The translations under genes and the position numbers were made by a program. A stretch of DNA of 63,796 nt, filler included, from Diploschistes diacapsis (taxonomy: Eukaryota), in assembly GCA_023645945.1 (NCBI GenBank). It is 14 parts of 14 records of this genome, joined end to end, with 100 filler letters (N's around TTAATTAATTAA, not from the genome) between each part and the next. Parts side by side here need not be neighbours in the genome. Positions count along the whole stretch, not along the records: positions 62,262 to 63,796 come from JALAIB010002930.1; 13 more parts are not named here. One strand, given 5' to 3'. This document shows, piece by piece, positions 63,019-63,796 of this stretch. Below the pieces are notes generated by a model. The model searched no databases, was not told the DNA's origin, and saw nothing but the letters and a program-made list of their open reading frames with translations. The stretch's first letter is position 1. Every line of letters starts with the position of its first letter.

Positions 63019-63796
63019 TGAGACAGCCCAGCCCAGGGGCCTGCCAAGCCACGGCAGGGTCAATGCCCAGGTGCTTGCCAAGCCACGGCAGGGTCAATGC
63101 CCAGGTGCTTGCCAAGACACGGCAGGGTCAGGGGGTGGTTGTGTAGATGGGTAGTCCCCGAACCCCGGTAGGCTGGTCCTTATACTCCTTAACGGTGCCT
63201 TCCTTTTATCTAAATAGTTTTTTTTATAACTTTTCGAATCGAGATCTTTTATTTATAGATACTTAAATTACATTTAATTCTTTCGGATTAGGTCTAGCTC
63301 CCGAAAGAATAACATCTTTTTTTATATTAGCGTTTTATATTCGAAAAGTTTATTTTATTTTCGTACTCGTGATGAGAGTTTAATACGTTAATCGAATATT
63401 AAGTATTCGAGTGAGTTTACGATAATCGGAATTCGAAAATATTACCCGTCGATTTATTATAAATAATAATTTTCGTTAATAGAAAGGATTAAAAGAGAAA
63501 GAAAGAATCGATAATATTTCCGTCTTTTAAAGAATTAATCGAGATATTATCGGTTAAAGAATACGATTTAATAGACGAATCGTTAATTAAAGAATAATCC
63601 GTAAGATATCTCGCGTTATAATAATTATTAACGTTAGAGATCTTCGAAGGATTTAATATTAACTAAGAATTAATACGGAAAAGATTTTAAAAGGACTTTT
63701 ATAACGAACTTAAGCGACGAATGTTTTCGTTTAAAGAACCGATAAAAGAATAAATTAATTAAAATAACGTTAACGAGAATATGATGGATCTATAAT
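63019..63796 (+). mobile_element. Gypsy family A LTR (63019-63337) with 34-bp tandem repeats, probably the 5' LTR followed by RIP-mutated internal sequence
   Basis: Starts TGAGAC. Unit GCCAAGCCACGGCAGGGTCAATGCCCAGGTGCTT at 63043, 63077 and 63111 (partial). The 3' half is homologous to 61100-61299. Confidence 0.75.

Overview
Filamentous ascomycete (Pezizomycotina-type) genomic DNA from a concatenated draft assembly. Fourteen contigs are joined by an artificial 100-nt linker (N44-TTAATTAATTAA-N44), so adjacency across gaps is not biological. Contig 1 (1-22081) carries a homoaconitase, a disrupted gene fusing about 11 atypical C2H2 zinc fingers to a DEDDh-type 3'-5' exonuclease domain, a DUF2306 membrane protein, a small conserved protein, a bHLH factor, Mediator Med19, a Zn-alcohol dehydrogenase divergent from homogentisate dioxygenase, and a frameshifted DUF3669 kinase-like gene. 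The second large contig (23821-45796) carries a polyQ conserved protein in a gene-poor stretch, eEF1B-gamma with a very compact intronic snR38-type C/D snoRNA, DUF1770, a ZNF511-like gene, an Est1/Smg7-like gene and adenosine kinase. The twelve ~1.5-kb contigs are almost all RIP-degraded, nested transposon debris: Copia, two Gypsy/chromovirus LTR families, two pogo/Fot1 families and a hAT MITE family with one intact copy and an 8-bp TSD. The best novelty candidate is the zinc-finger-array/exonuclease fusion. All family assignments come from motif recognition by eye, not database searches.
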